Shown piece after piece: positions 40,219-51,704 of a stretch of 64,000 nt of DNA; the first letter of the stretch is position 1; every line of letters begins with the position of its first letter. Made by a program: the position numbers and the translations under genes. The stretch spans positions 32,001-96,000 of the forward strand of contig CBDCTZ010000013.1 in NCBI GenBank assembly GCA_965222375.1. Direction: 5' to 3'. The notes under the pieces were generated by a model. That model was not told the DNA's origin and did not search any database. It worked only from the letters and a program-made list of their open reading frames with translations. Source of the DNA: Polyangiaceae bacterium (GTDB lineage: Bacteria > Myxococcota_A > Polyangia > Polyangiales > Polyangiaceae).

Positions 40219-42591
40219 ATGGCTGACGCAATTTCCGAGTTCCTGCGCCGGAAAGGACTGGGACGCATAGAGGAGCAGATCGTCCTGGGCGGCAGCCTGC
40301 CGCTCCCGGAAGGCGGTAGCACCAGGCCCATCATCCTTCGCACGACCCGAGGGGTCTTCCTGGCCGGAGCCGAGAGCGCCACTCAGGGCACCGCGACGCC
40401 CCTGTCGGATCTAGCGCGCATCAACCGCGGGCGACTTCGAGACACTCTGAGCTGGGATGGACACGAATTCACCATTCCCATGGGCGCCGCCGCCAACGCA
40501 CGCAGCCTAATCGGTCTGTCCCGCTACTCCGCCTCTGCGGGCGCGCATCACATCGCGAGTTCGCGTTTCGTCGAGCCCATGGACGAGGTCACGCAAGCCT
40601 TCGTCAATCACGAGCTGAACGAGGACGACGCTCTGTTGGCATTCTTGGAGACCGATCTCACCCTCGACGTAACCTCCGAGGTGCTTGGCGGCTCCGAGGA
40701 CGCCATCGCTCACTTCATGCTGACCACGTCCCGCGCCGCGCTGGTATGCGTCTTGGACGTCGGCGACGCTCGCATCGACGCCCTGGACGTGGCGACTTTG
40801 CGCGTGGAAGACGATCGCTCCCGGGCGAGCATCACCACGGCCGCGTTCAAGTTCCGAAGCACCCGACTAAACGCCGAGCACTTTCCCGAACTGGCGGAAG
40901 CGGTGGGAAAGACCGGCTTCGAGCGGGAGCTCGAAATCGCACGCCTCTGCTTTTCCTCGCACAGCGACAAGAACAGTGACCGAGCCGCCCTGGAGCTCCT
41001 GGCACGCGGCAGCGCCAAGGGCGACGTGCGCGCCCGGGTGTTGGAAACCAGCCTAGCCATCGAGATGGGCACCCGAGTCCCCGCCCTGCCGGATCTGGCT
41101 CAGCCCGAGCTCAGCCCCGAGGCCTTCGCGGGTCTGTGGTCCGAGTGGAAGCTGTCACCGGAAACGGGTCGCACCCTGCTGCAGCGGGCGCGACAGGCGG
41201 GCGCAGAGGCCCATGCCCTCGCGTTGCATCGCGCAGTCCACTCCCGGCTGCTGGAACTGCGCAAGGACGACTTTCATATCTCCGAGGCGGATGCCGCCTT
41301 CGCCGAACACCTGATTGAGTCCGGTGAAAAGAGCGAGGCGCGAGAGCTGTTGCAGAGCCGGTTGGACGAGATGCCCATGGACGTCGAGAGCGAGCTCTTG
41401 CCGCCCAGCCACGCCGACCTCACCGCGGGCGCCGCATCCCGCCACCGAGTTCGCCTGCTCGAGCTTCTCGCCCGCACCGCCGAGGGCGACGATTCCTCCG
41501 CGGTAACCGCATTGGCCGTACTCGAGCCTCTGGTGCCGGAACGGATCGATGCGTTGGTCGCTGCGGTGGATGGCGATCTCAACCTGCGCGCCAACCGAGT
41601 GCAGGGAGTGCTCGCCACGGACGGCCTGGCCCCGCGGCAACAGGAAATCACCGACGCCGTGGCTCAAGTGGAAGACGGCGAAATCGAAAAGACATTGCGC
41701 CACCCGGCCGCTCGCGCCGGCAGCGACATCCTGGGGCGCCTGCAGGCCATGCTCGCCGCGGTGCCCATTCCGGACCAGACCGTGCTTCGGGACTACGTCG
41801 AACCCCTGACCGAGCGCGCCCACCCCATCGCAGCCGTGGCCTTGCGCCGGGCAGCACGTCTGCTGGGTGTTCCCAACATCGAGGGCTACATTTCCCGAGG
41901 CCGCAAAGGCGTCGGGGTGCGCTCCTACGAGGGGCCCATTCCCTTCGTGCTGCTGGGCGGGCGTCATCTGGACGAGAAAGACCCCGCGCACATGACCGCT
42001 TCGGAGCTGTGCTTCGCCTTGGCCACAGAAGTCGCCCATGTGCGCTACGGACACAGCCGCGTGACCTCGAGTGAGGTCTGGGCCGGCGCACTCGGCAAGA
42101 GCAAAGAAGGACTCGACTTCGCTCTGGGCGTGCTGCCGCTGTTCAAGGGAGTGCGCTTGATTTCCCAAGTGGCCAAAGTGACCGACCAGGTTCCCATCGG
42201 CCCCATACGCCGCACCGTGCGTGGCGCCGTTGCGCTGCGCCATGGGCTCATCGAGCCGAAACCAAAACGACGAGGCAAGGAGCCCGCCGAGGGCCTGTCG
42301 ACGTTGAACGAGCAGCTGGTCGCAGCCCATCGTCTGATGCAACTGACCGCAGATCGCGCCGGGCTAGTCGCATGCGGCGATCCCGTGTCGGCATTACGCG
42401 CGATGCTCTTGATACGCGCCGATCTCCACGCGCTGCTCGAACAGATTCTGACCGAGGGCCTCGACCCTGTGCTGGCGATCCGAGACGAACACGGCGTCCT
42501 GGTGCATCAGGACCTCGCGATCCGCGCCTCTCAGCTCCTGTCGTTCTATCTATCCGACGACTTCCGTCGCCTGCAGCCGGAACACGCCTAG
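40219..42591 (+). CDS. Hypothetical protein with degenerate M48-peptidase-like C-terminus
   Basis: ELCFALATEVAH and LTADRAGL..CGD; HExxH reads TEVAH. Confidence 0.55.
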   Translation: MADAISEFLRRKGLGRIEEQIVLGGSLPLPEGGSTRPIILRTTRGVFLAGAESATQGTATPLSDLARINRGRLRDTLSWDGHEFTIPMGAAANARSLIGLSRYSASAGAHHIASSRFVEPMDEVTQAFVNHELNEDDALLAFLETDLTLDVTSEVLGGSEDAIAHFMLTTSRAALVCVLDVGDARIDALDVATLRVEDDRSRASITTAAFKFRSTRLNAEHFPELAEAVGKTGFERELEIARLCFSSHSDKNSDRAALELLARGSAKGDVRARVLETSLAIEMGTRVPALPDLAQPELSPEAFAGLWSEWKLSPETGRTLLQRARQAGAEAHALALHRAVHSRLLELRKDDFHISEADAAFAEHLIESGEKSEARELLQSRLDEMPMDVESELLPPSHADLTAGAASRHRVRLLELLARTAEGDDSSAVTALAVLEPLVPERIDALVAAVDGDLNLRANRVQGVLATDGLAPRQQEITDAVAQVEDGEIEKTLRHPAARAGSDILGRLQAMLAAVPIPDQTVLRDYVEPLTERAHPIAAVALRRAARLLGVPNIEGYISRGRKGVGVRSYEGPIPFVLLGGRHLDEKDPAHMTASELCFALATEVAHVRYGHSRVTSSEVWAGALGKSKEGLDFALGVLPLFKGVRLISQVAKVTDQVPIGPIRRTVRGAVALRHGLIEPKPKRRGKEPAEGLSTLNEQLVAAHRLMQLTADRAGLVACGDPVSALRAMLLIRADLHALLEQILTEGLDPVLAIRDEHGVLVHQDLAIRASQLLSFYLSDDFRRLQPEHA

Positions 42592-42699
42592 TCTTGGGAT
42601 TGGGTTTGGGTCGCGACTCTGTGGCGGCAGCGGGCCACTACTCTAGCGCGGGGCCACGTGGCAGCACCTGCGCCCGGTGCGAGCCTTTTGATGCCGAAC

Positions 42700-43446
42700 C
42701 TAGTCGCGCTTTCCCGCACTTCGCCCGGCGCCACCGGCGAACGCGGCGGCGCCCCGTGCGGCTTCCTGCAGCACCACCTTGCCGCGGGCGCCTTCGTCAC
42801 GAAGCCCCTCGTCCAACGACTGGCCAAGGCCCGCGTAGACGGAATCTCGATCCGCCAACACGCAACCAAAGGGGAACGCGGCGATCTCCTCGGCCAGGGC
42901 CACTGCCTGGGTTAGGGCTTCGCCATCGGCCACGACTCTGTTCACTAGCCCGATGCGTTCGGCTTCGTCGGCGTCGATCAATCGGCCAGTGAGGATCAAG
43001 TCGAGAGCGCGACCTAGACCTACGATGCGGGGCAGGCGCTGAGTGCCGCCGTCGATGAGGGGCACGCCGAAGCGGCGCTCGAGGCAGCCGAACTTTGCGG
43101 ATTGGGCGGCCACACGCAGATCGGCATGAGCCGCGATTTCTAGTCCGCCGGCCACGCAGTAGCCCTCAATCGCCGCAATGACCGGTTTGGGCGAGTGAGC
43201 GCGGGTGAAGCCCATGGGGCCGTCGGGGTGGTCGACGTCGTTGTCGAAAGCTTTCAAGTCGGCGCCCGCACAGAATGCACCGCCGGCGCCGGTCAACACC
43301 AGCACCTTCAGGGCGTCTTGCTTCACGAAGTCAAGAAACGCCTCTCGCAACTCCGCCGCGGTCTGGCGGTTGACGGCGTTGCGACGCTCGGGGCGGTTGA
43401 TGGTCACGACCAAAGTCGAGCCGCGGGTTTCGAGTTCGACGCTCAT
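42700..43446 (-). CDS. Enoyl-CoA hydratase/isomerase
   Basis: INRPERRNA, FCAGADL, GGTQRLPR. Confidence 0.92.
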   Translation of the reverse strand: MSVELETRGSTLVVTINRPERRNAVNRQTAAELREAFLDFVKQDALKVLVLTGAGGAFCAGADLKAFDNDVDHPDGPMGFTRAHSPKPVIAAIEGYCVAGGLEIAAHADLRVAAQSAKFGCLERRFGVPLIDGGTQRLPRIVGLGRALDLILTGRLIDADEAERIGLVNRVVADGEALTQAVALAEEIAAFPFGCVLADRDSVYAGLGQSLDEGLRDEGARGKVVLQEAARGAAAFAGGAGRSAGKRD

Positions 43447-43533
43447 CGGAACCGACGGTTTCACGCCGTTGGTGCGATGTAAATGCGCGCTAAGGAGCGG
43501 TCTCCCCGCGCCTGCTCCATCCGCCAGCCGGGG

Positions 43534-44718
43534 TCAGATCAACTCCAAGTACAGCGCTTCGTACTTTGCGGCGATCACTTCGGCTCGGTGTCGCGCGTCG
43601 ATCTCCGCGCGCTGCGCGGCCACCAGCTCGCTGCGATGTGCCGTTGATTGCAGTCGCTGCACTGCGGCCACCAGCGGCCCTGCGCTGGGCGCGGAAATCT
43701 TCTCCACTGACGCGAGGTCCTTCAACGGCCCCTGATCCAACGCGATCACCGGAACGCCCAAGTCCATGGCCTCGAGCAGCACAATGGGAATGTCCACCTT
43801 GCCCCACAGATCGTCGACGGGAAAAAGCACGGCTTCACAGTCGGATACCAGAACCAGCACGTCGGGCAGCTCGCAGCTGAATCGCACTGGCAAGCCCTCG
43901 AGTTCTGCCGCCAGATCTCTGGCCACCCGGCGCGCTCGCGGCGTCTTGGCCCGATACGCAAATACGAACACCGCTTCAGGAATGAGCTTGGCCAGCTGTG
44001 CCACGGAAGCTGCGACTGTACGGGCGCCAACACTGACCTCCAAATCCCCTGGGTACACGAAAACCTTTGCGTCCGGCGATATCTCGAGCTGGCGTCGAAG
44101 CTCCGCGCGGGCCCGTTCGCTCCGCGGCTGCTGCCTTGGAACCGGTGGCGGGATCACTTCGATGCGAGGCGCAGGTCGCCCCGCGGCCTCAAAGGCCGAA
44201 AGCGCTGACCGCCGGGTCCACTGGCTCTGGGCGACGATCACGTCGCCGAACAAGAGGCGGTGAGCGGACTCGAAGCTTCGCGGTGGTGACGCGATCGTCT
44301 GCACGACTCTTACGCCTCGCAGTCGCGACAGGGCGCGGCCCATTGCGCTCGACTTGGGGTTCGGAGCGAAAACGAAGTGCCACACGTCCGCGCGGCTCTT
44401 GAGTGCGAGCCAGGTTGCCGCGCGGGCGTTGTCCCCAGCGCGGGGGCGAAAGTTGCCGGCGTTGGCGTATACGCTGGCAAGTTCCACCTCGGTGTTGCCA
44501 GGCAACGCTGGGGCGCCGGGCATCGCCATCACGACGGGGGCTACGCGCTGCACGTTACACGCGACATCCCGCACCAAGCACTTCGTGCCGTCGTGAAAAG
44601 GCGGCACGATGGGCTTGGAGACGAAGAGAACGCGAGGCTTGGCCAAGGCAGCCCCCGCATACCATCCGCCGCGCGACCGACAAACCTGACTAGCACGCAG
44701 GGCGCCCGCCGCGCGCAA
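43534..44718 (-). CDS. Glycosyltransferase family 4 (start uncertain)
   Basis: LLEAMDLGVPVIA; GT-B-like layout. Confidence 0.75.
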   Translation of the reverse strand: MRAAGALRASQVCRSRGGWYAGAALAKPRVLFVSKPIVPPFHDGTKCLVRDVACNVQRVAPVVMAMPGAPALPGNTEVELASVYANAGNFRPRAGDNARAATWLALKSRADVWHFVFAPNPKSSAMGRALSRLRGVRVVQTIASPPRSFESAHRLLFGDVIVAQSQWTRRSALSAFEAAGRPAPRIEVIPPPVPRQQPRSERARAELRRQLEISPDAKVFVYPGDLEVSVGARTVAASVAQLAKLIPEAVFVFAYRAKTPRARRVARDLAAELEGLPVRFSCELPDVLVLVSDCEAVLFPVDDLWGKVDIPIVLLEAMDLGVPVIALDQGPLKDLASVEKISAPSAGPLVAAVQRLQSTAHRSELVAAQRAEIDARHRAEVIAAKYEALYLELI

Positions 44719-44769
44719 CGTGGGCAGCCGCTGAGCCGCGAAGGGGTGGCCGTCCCAGTCCTGCGAAGT

Positions 44770-45597
44770 TCAGCGGGCCGCGGCGGCGAGGGCTTCGGGT
44801 GCGCGACGCACGGCACTCTCCACGGCGGCAGAGAGCACGGCGCGCTTCAACTCCTTGCTGCGCCGGCGGTTTCGCGCCTCTTTGCGCGAAGCAGTGGTCG
44901 AAGCAGAACCACTCACCGTGCCCGCGATGGCCTGCTCGGGCATGCGGTGCACCATGTATTCGACCTTGGCGGAGTAAACCACGCTGTTGCCCTGGCTGGA
45001 GGTCTTGAGCCTGCGCACCTGCCCGGTGACCATGACCACGGGCAGCCGTTTCGTCTTGGCATCGCGCTCGGATCCCATTACGCGGATCCCAGGCAGCGCA
45101 CCGAATCGCTTGCGCGACGCCTTGGCGACTTCCCGCAGCATTCCGGACCGAACGCCCCGGGCGTCTCGCATACGACCGAACTTGACCAAGATGCGCGGCC
45201 GGTCACGGGTGGACGATGCTTTGCTTTTCAGGGCCTTGATGCTCGACTTGATCTGCGAACGCACCGCCGCCGACTTATCCTTGCGGTGACGCTTCAGTGC
45301 TTTGATCGCCTTGGGATCCCCCAACACTTTGAGTGCTGCGGCGGAGGCTGCGCGAACTGCTGCGTTGCCATCGTCCAGGGCTGCCTCCAGCGGGCGCCGG
45401 GCGCTTTTACTCTTGGTTTTGCCTAGCTCCAGAGCGGCCTGAACACGCACGCGAAAGTCCGCGCCGTTCTCGAGACGCTCGGCGAGTCGGTTGACATGCC
45501 GTGGCGCTGCGGACGCTGAGCTGATGATCAGCGCGACCGCGCAGCTCAGCAGTAGGAGCACGCGGTGCAAACGTCGAGTAGCGATGTGCGGCACCAC
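44770..45597 (-). CDS. Secreted HEAT-repeat protein
   Basis: Signal peptide; VRVQAALELG, VRAASAAAL. Confidence 0.7.
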   Translation of the reverse strand: MVPHIATRRLHRVLLLLSCAVALIISSASAAPRHVNRLAERLENGADFRVRVQAALELGKTKSKSARRPLEAALDDGNAAVRAASAAALKVLGDPKAIKALKRHRKDKSAAVRSQIKSSIKALKSKASSTRDRPRILVKFGRMRDARGVRSGMLREVAKASRKRFGALPGIRVMGSERDAKTKRLPVVMVTGQVRRLKTSSQGNSVVYSAKVEYMVHRMPEQAIAGTVSGSASTTASRKEARNRRRSKELKRAVLSAAVESAVRRAPEALAAAAR

Positions 45598-45697
45598 CTC
45601 AATGATAGCGAATCCTGGGGACAGCCGCGACGGGGGTGCGTTCCCTACAAAGCCTCACACTAGCGCCAGAAAAAAAATTGAATAGCTGGCAGCTGCT

Positions 45698-46240
45698 TCA
45701 CTTCAGCGAGGTGACACGCTCTTCCAACTCGGCCTCGTCTCCCGAACGGAATCCAGCGTGCACGTAACGCACGATGCCATTTCGGTCGATGACGAAGCTC
45801 GTGGGCATCGTAGAGGGCGAATACTGGCGAGAAACCGACTGCCCATCGTCCCATGCCAGGGGGAAGTTCACGCCCGTCTCTTGGCCGAACTTGGCGATGC
45901 CCGCCGGCTCTTCATCCACGCTGACCCCGATCACAGCCAGGTCCCCGCCATGGCGATCCAGCATGGATTGGTAGTGCGGGAAGCTCTCCTTGCAGGGCTC
46001 GCACCAGGTTGCCCAAAAGTCCACGATCACGACTTTGCCCGCCGCCGCGGCCAAACTGGCCGAGTCGCCGCCGTGCTGCGCCTTCAAATTGAAGTCCGGA
46101 GCCTTGGTTCCGACGAGGGCGTGCTCCCCGTCGCTAGTTCCGGCGCCGCCGGGTGAAAAACCTCCGCCGCTGCATCCCGGGCCCACCCCCGCCGCGAGCG
46201 ACAACGTTGCGGCGACCATGAGTCGACGCTTGATAAGCAT
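45698..46240 (-). CDS. TlpA-like thiol:disulfide oxidoreductase lipoprotein
   Basis: APDF.L, DFWATWCEPC, PTSFVIDRNG. Confidence 0.9.
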   Translation of the reverse strand: MLIKRRLMVAATLSLAAGVGPGCSGGGFSPGGAGTSDGEHALVGTKAPDFNLKAQHGGDSASLAAAAGKVVIVDFWATWCEPCKESFPHYQSMLDRHGGDLAVIGVSVDEEPAGIAKFGQETGVNFPLAWDDGQSVSRQYSPSTMPTSFVIDRNGIVRYVHAGFRSGDEAELEERVTSLK

Positions 46241-46242
46241 GA

Positions 46243-47738
46243 TCACCTCTTCTTCTTGTCCTTGGCCTCGTCGGGGCAACCGTCTTCATCCTCGAACCCA
46301 TTCTTGGTTTCGGGCTGGTCGATGCACTCGTCTTGATTGTCGGGCACACCGTCTTCGTCGTTGTCCGGATCCGGGCAACCATCCGTGTCTTTGAAGCCGT
46401 CCGTATCCTCGGGTCCGTCGGGGCACTTGTCCTTCGAGTCGGGCACGCCGTCCGAGTCCCTGTCAGGCTCATCGGGGCAGCCATCCTCATCCTTGAATCC
46501 GTTCTTGGTCTCGGCTTTGAGGGGGCAAGCGTCTCGGTCGTCGTTCACGCCGTCGCCGTCATTGTCCTTCTCCGGGCAGCCATCCGTGTCCTCGAATCCG
46601 TCCGGATCTTCGGGCTCGCCAGGACACTTGTCGACGTTGTCGTTGATCGTGTCGCCGTCATTGTCCAAGTCGGGGCAACCATCGTCGTCTTGAACGCCAT
46701 CCTTGTCTTCGGCTTCGGTCGGGCATTGGTCCTTGTCGTCGAACAGCCCATCGCCATCCCGGTCTTGACGTTCCTGCACGAACATCGCGCCCAGGAAGGC
46801 GCGCACCGCCGGGACACCGACGCCCTGGATCAGGCCCGTGCCGGCGCCTGCGTGGATCGTGATTGGAGAGTCCAGCGGGGACACCTGCACGCCGCCATCG
46901 ACCTCAAGGGAATTAGTGCCATTGGCTGCGCTGAATTTGGTCGCGCCGAAACCATCCACCACGATTCTCAGAACCGGGCTGGCGCGGAAACCCGCCGCAA
47001 CGCCATAGCGAAACTCGGGCCCAGGGTCGTCGAACCCACGCGGCCCTCACCGCGGTACACGGCCGCCAGGTTGCCACCGAACGAAAACGGCCCTTGCTCA
47101 CCGTCAAAAATCCCGCGAAGCCCGACCGTGGGCGAGGCGTCACCGATGAACTTGTTCTTGGCGGTAGCTCTTCCCAAAGGACCGGTCAAAAATAGTGCGC
47201 CGCCCACCACGAAGGGATCCTTGACGTCGCCATGGAGGCGCATCTTGCCCTCGAGCTCTGCGTCACCCATGCCGAATCCGGAGAGGCCTCCTTCGGGCGA
47301 CGTGCCATCTTCCTCCAGGCCCTCGCCCTTGACGAAAGTGAGAGGAACACGCAGTCCGACCTGGACACGTGGAATTGGGGTGAGAGATCCCATCAGATCC
47401 GCCGTCACCAAGTTCTCGACGACCTTGACGTCCGACGGGCGGCTCGCGTTCGGGTCGTCGCAGTCCGTTTCGGACCGACAGCTGCGCACCACGAAGGGCT
47501 TCCACGCGTAGTTCGCGAACAGACCTGCACTCCAGGCCATGTTGCCGTCCGTGCGGACTCCGCGGGTGGTGAAGTAGTTGCGCGGACCCGGTGCCGGGTT
47601 GAAGCGCTGAACGGAGAACTCCTTGTCCGTTGCCTGCGCGCTAGAGTGGCCAGAGGCCGCCATCAAGAGTGCGAGGGCGCTCAGGGCAGGCAGGAGGCGA
47701 GACACGGAACTGGGCACGGGGAGCGTACGTCGGAGCAT
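46243..47738 (-). CDS. Outer-membrane protein with thrombospondin type-3 repeats; one gene split by a frameshift near 47020
   Basis: Signal peptide and barrel-like N-terminal half; repeated DxDxDG..D..D.CP...ED.DG..D.DGCP; adding one base restores LGPEFRYGVAAGFRASPVLRIVVDG. Confidence 0.8.
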
Positions 47739-47940
47739 CGATTCACCCTCGGATCTCCGCGGCAAGTTTCGCCACTGAATACGAGTAAAGCCAAGGCTAG
47801 GCTAGGCGGCGACGGGCTTGCAACGGCCAACCTCCTCGCCCCGGGTTTTTGCCGGCAAAGCCCGGCCATCAGCAGCGCGTACCCCGGCGCCAGTTTGAGG
47901 GTTTTGGGGGGGATCCCTCGCTCCGCGCTATTGTTGGCCC

Positions 47941-49080
47941 GTGGCTGTCTGCGCTGGGTGTCGAAACGTCATCGAAGACCAGGCGCAATTCTGCCCGCTG
48001 TGCGGGCTGAAGCGAGTGGCGGAAGCTCGGATTGAACCCGGCGCGGAACTCGACCTGGACTGGGGCAAGGTGGTCTTGGGCGAGCGCATCGGCGAAGGCG
48101 GTATGGGCGTCGTCTACCGAGGCTGGCTCTACTACAACCCGGATGGAGAGCGCGCCGGCACCCCGGAGCATCCCGTCGCGGTGAAAGTGCTGCACCCGCT
48201 ACTCAAGAGCCGGGAGCGCGCCCGAAAACTCTTTCTTGGCGAGGCCGAAGCGCTCGGGCGCCTCAGTCATCCCAACATCGTGCACTTCTTCACGCTGTAC
48301 CAGAAGGCTGGCCACCTGGCCCTCGTGATCGAGTTGGTGGAGGGCCAAGCGTTGAACGATAGCGTCGAACGCCACGCTGCACGCGCACGACCGGGCGGGT
48401 TGCCCTGCATGCCCTTCATGCGCGCTTGGCACTACTTCTCGCAGTTGTTGGGCGCCCTCGCCGCAATCCACTCTCTCGGCATCATTCACAGGGACGTGAA
48501 ACCGAACAACGTGCTCGTTCGAAAAGATGGTGTGGTCAAGCTCACCGACTTTGGAATTGCGCGCTTGCCGGCCGACGCAGCCCGCAACACGGGCGGGATG
48601 GCTCCTGGGACGGGCGCGTACATGGCTCCGGAACAGGTGCTTGGGCGTGACCTGGACGCGCGCGCGGACTTGTATGGTGCTGGCATCGTGCTCTTCGAGA
48701 TGCTCACTGGGGTCACGCCCTTCGACTCACCGAGCCGCAACGAGATCATGGTGCGTACCGCCCAGGTCGAGGAGACTCCCCCTCCTCTGACCAGCCTCGT
48801 GCCCCAAGCGCCGGCAGTATTGGATCTGCTATTCGCCCGTGCCCTCGCCAAAGACCCGATGCACCGCTACGGCTCGGCGATTGAGTTGGGTGAGGCGTTC
48901 CGCTCCGCGCTGAACCTGCCGGAGTCGAGCGGCTGGCTCGCCCAGCAGAAGCTCGCCGAAAACGCCCAGGCTATCTCTCAGCTCGGGGTGGCGGCGCCGG
49001 CGGAGAGCGGGACTCGGCCCCTGCCGGAGGCGACCGCGAAGCGACTTCGAACCGACGTGATGAAGGCCTACGTGTCCTGA
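47941..49080 (+). CDS. Ser/Thr protein kinase with N-terminal Zn ribbon
   Basis: CxxC..CxxC; GEGGMG, VAVK, HRDVKPNN, DFG, APE. Confidence 0.93.
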   Translation: MAVCAGCRNVIEDQAQFCPLCGLKRVAEARIEPGAELDLDWGKVVLGERIGEGGMGVVYRGWLYYNPDGERAGTPEHPVAVKVLHPLLKSRERARKLFLGEAEALGRLSHPNIVHFFTLYQKAGHLALVIELVEGQALNDSVERHAARARPGGLPCMPFMRAWHYFSQLLGALAAIHSLGIIHRDVKPNNVLVRKDGVVKLTDFGIARLPADAARNTGGMAPGTGAYMAPEQVLGRDLDARADLYGAGIVLFEMLTGVTPFDSPSRNEIMVRTAQVEETPPPLTSLVPQAPAVLDLLFARALAKDPMHRYGSAIELGEAFRSALNLPESSGWLAQQKLAENAQAISQLGVAAPAESGTRPLPEATAKRLRTDVMKAYVS

Positions 49081-49222
49081 GGCCCCTAGCCGGCCCGAGA
49101 TCTGGCCTGGGAAATCACGCATTTTTCCCGGGAGGGGGCCAGACGCCCGGGCGGGGGACAAAACCCCTTTGACAGTATTTGCGCCCCCGTGCGAGACAAG
49201 CCAGCGAAAGCCCGGGACCGCG

Positions 49223-51475
49223 ATGCACAAACGGACGATTATCTCGGTCGCGCTCGGCGCGTTCTTGGCAAACAACTCAGCTGCGCTGGCCCAGCCTGGG
49301 GCCAAGGCCCCGCCTGCCCCCGAAGAGCCCAACGCAGCACCCAAACCCGGCGCACCCGAACCTGGCGGGGCACCCAAACCTGACGCGGCACCCAAACCTC
49401 CAGCCGCACCAGCACCGGGCACCCAACCCACAACGCCACCAAAGCCCCGACCGGCCGACCCGCCCGCCACCGGGGATCCGCCACCCGCGGCTCCACCACC
49501 CACTCACCCGCGGGGCCCGCGTAGCCCGAGCGCGCAGCCCAAGCCCGGGGCGATGCCGGGTCTCGGCCCCATGCCGATGTGGCCGCAACCCGGCACGGAC
49601 ACCAAGGCCCTGAAGACTCAGGGGCGCGATCGCCCGGACGCGAAGAAAGCAGCGACGGATCCAGATCGGGTCTTCTCGGAGCAGTGGTGGTCCCACGCCC
49701 GCCCAATCTTCGAGATCCACGGCTACTTCCGCTTGCGGGCGGAATTGTTCCACAACTTCTCGCTTGGTCGCATCGACGAGCCTCAGCTCACCAGTACCGG
49801 CCTACCGAACCGTCCTCTATGGCCATTGCCCGCGGACAACCACTACAACGGACGCCAGGACGCCTTTGGCCCCACTCTGTGCACGGCTGACGAGGGCCAG
49901 GTGGGCGACAGCGATGATCCCGCTCAGGGGCTGTTCCCCTGCAAGAACAAGACTCAGGCGGGCGCCAACATCCGCTTTCGCCTCAACCCGGAGTTGCACA
50001 TCTCGGACAACTTGCGGGTGATGAGCCAAATCGACTTGCTTGACAACTTGGTGCTCGGCTCCACCCCCGAAGGCTACGGGAATAGCCCGGCAGATGGGGG
50101 CGGCTACGGCGTGAACAAGCGCTCCGGCTACGCGCCCCTCGGCGCCTTCGACAGCACCCAGTCGCCCCCGAGCGCTGGCGACAACAGCCTGAAAGACAGC
50201 GTGCGGGTCAAGCGTGTGTGGGCGGAGTACCTCACGCCCGTGGGGCAGTTGCGTTTTGGTCGCATGCCCAGCCACTGGGGCTTGGGTCTGCTCGCCAACT
50301 CCGGTGACGGTCACGACGACGACTATCAGACGACCGCTGACCGCATCCTGTTCGTCACCGGCATCAAGAGCCTCGACATCTACTTCGCTGGTGCCTGGGA
50401 CTTCGCCAACGAAGGTGCCACGAGCGAAAACCAGAAGCTGCCCCAAGGTCAAGCCTACGACTTGGCGCAGCTCGACGACGTTGACCAATACGTCTTCGCG
50501 GTCACGCGCCGCAAGAACCCAGAGCTGACCAAGCTCGCCTTGGCCAAAGGTCAGGTTGTGCTCAACGGGGGCGCCTACGTCGTGCATCGTCGCCAGCTCT
50601 TGGCCAATGACCAACGCGGCGGCTGCAACAGCGGCGCAGCCGCGATCGGCTGCACCTCTGGCGACGTTTCGAGCGGTTTCGTGCGTCGGGGAGCCTCGGC
50701 GTGGATCCCGGATATCTGGCTGCAGCTCTTGTATAAGAAGTTCCGCTTCGAGCTCGAAGCCGTCACGATCCAAGGATCCATCGAAAACCTGAGCGTGGTG
50801 CCCGGAAACACTGACTTCGTCAACCAGAACGGAGACAACGGCTGGAAGATCCGCCAGTACGGCTACGCTCTCGAGCTGGAGCAGAAGCTCGTCGAAGACC
50901 GACTCAAGCTGGCCTTCATGCACGGCTGGGCTTCGGGAGACGGCGATGTCTTCGGCCCACAGACCGGCGCTGGCGGGCTGTCTCCAGGCCTCGACGGGCT
51001 TCAACAGCAGCAAGGCGATCGCACCATCTCCACGTTCCGGTTCCACCCCAACTACAAGGTGGACTTGATCCTGCACCGCAATCTGCTCAACCGCGTGCAA
51101 GGCACCTACTACTTCCGCCCCAGCGTGGACTACGACTTCCTACGCAACCAAAACGGGCAGCGCTTTGGTGGCGGTTTCGCGGCCATTTGGTCCCGTGCTA
51201 GCCAATTCGTCCAGACGCCGGGCCACAAGCGCGACCTAGGCATCGAGCTCAATCTGCAGCTGTACTATCAGTCCAAAGACGGCGCCCTCAACGACGATCC
51301 CGACAAGATGGGCGGCTTCTTCACGTCACTTCAGTACGGCGTACTCTTCCCCCTTGGCGGCCTCGGCTATCAGCCCCAAGAGCAAACCCGGATCATCGAC
51401 GAATTGCGCGACAGCGGCGCCGCAGACACTTCGACGGCTCAGATCCTACGCTGGTACATGGGCGTCCTGTTCTAA
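49223..51475 (+). CDS. TIGR04551-like outer-membrane beta-barrel protein, copy 1
   Basis: Signal peptide, Pro-rich linker, HGYFRLRAELF, RFGRMPSHWGLG, FRFHPNYKVDLIL, C-terminal F. Confidence 0.75.
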   Translation: MHKRTIISVALGAFLANNSAALAQPGAKAPPAPEEPNAAPKPGAPEPGGAPKPDAAPKPPAAPAPGTQPTTPPKPRPADPPATGDPPPAAPPPTHPRGPRSPSAQPKPGAMPGLGPMPMWPQPGTDTKALKTQGRDRPDAKKAATDPDRVFSEQWWSHARPIFEIHGYFRLRAELFHNFSLGRIDEPQLTSTGLPNRPLWPLPADNHYNGRQDAFGPTLCTADEGQVGDSDDPAQGLFPCKNKTQAGANIRFRLNPELHISDNLRVMSQIDLLDNLVLGSTPEGYGNSPADGGGYGVNKRSGYAPLGAFDSTQSPPSAGDNSLKDSVRVKRVWAEYLTPVGQLRFGRMPSHWGLGLLANSGDGHDDDYQTTADRILFVTGIKSLDIYFAGAWDFANEGATSENQKLPQGQAYDLAQLDDVDQYVFAVTRRKNPELTKLALAKGQVVLNGGAYVVHRRQLLANDQRGGCNSGAAAIGCTSGDVSSGFVRRGASAWIPDIWLQLLYKKFRFELEAVTIQGSIENLSVVPGNTDFVNQNGDNGWKIRQYGYALELEQKLVEDRLKLAFMHGWASGDGDVFGPQTGAGGLSPGLDGLQQQQGDRTISTFRFHPNYKVDLILHRNLLNRVQGTYYFRPSVDYDFLRNQNGQRFGGGFAAIWSRASQFVQTPGHKRDLGIELNLQLYYQSKDGALNDDPDKMGGFFTSLQYGVLFPLGGLGYQPQEQTRIIDELRDSGAADTSTAQILRWYMGVLF

Positions 51476-51704
51476 GACGGCCCACACACAACGCATTCGC
51501 CCCGCAGCACGACTCGCCCCACCGTCAGCCAAGCAATGATTCACCGCCCGCCCAACAGGATAATCCGGCCTCACAACGGTCAATCCCTGCAGGGGCCCGT
51601 CGTTTTGCGCGTTGAGCCCGGCCAGCCTCCCTCCGTGACGAAAGAACTCCTTTGACAGCATTTGCACCGCCGTGCGAGACAAACGACCAAGGCTTCAGGC
51701 CGCA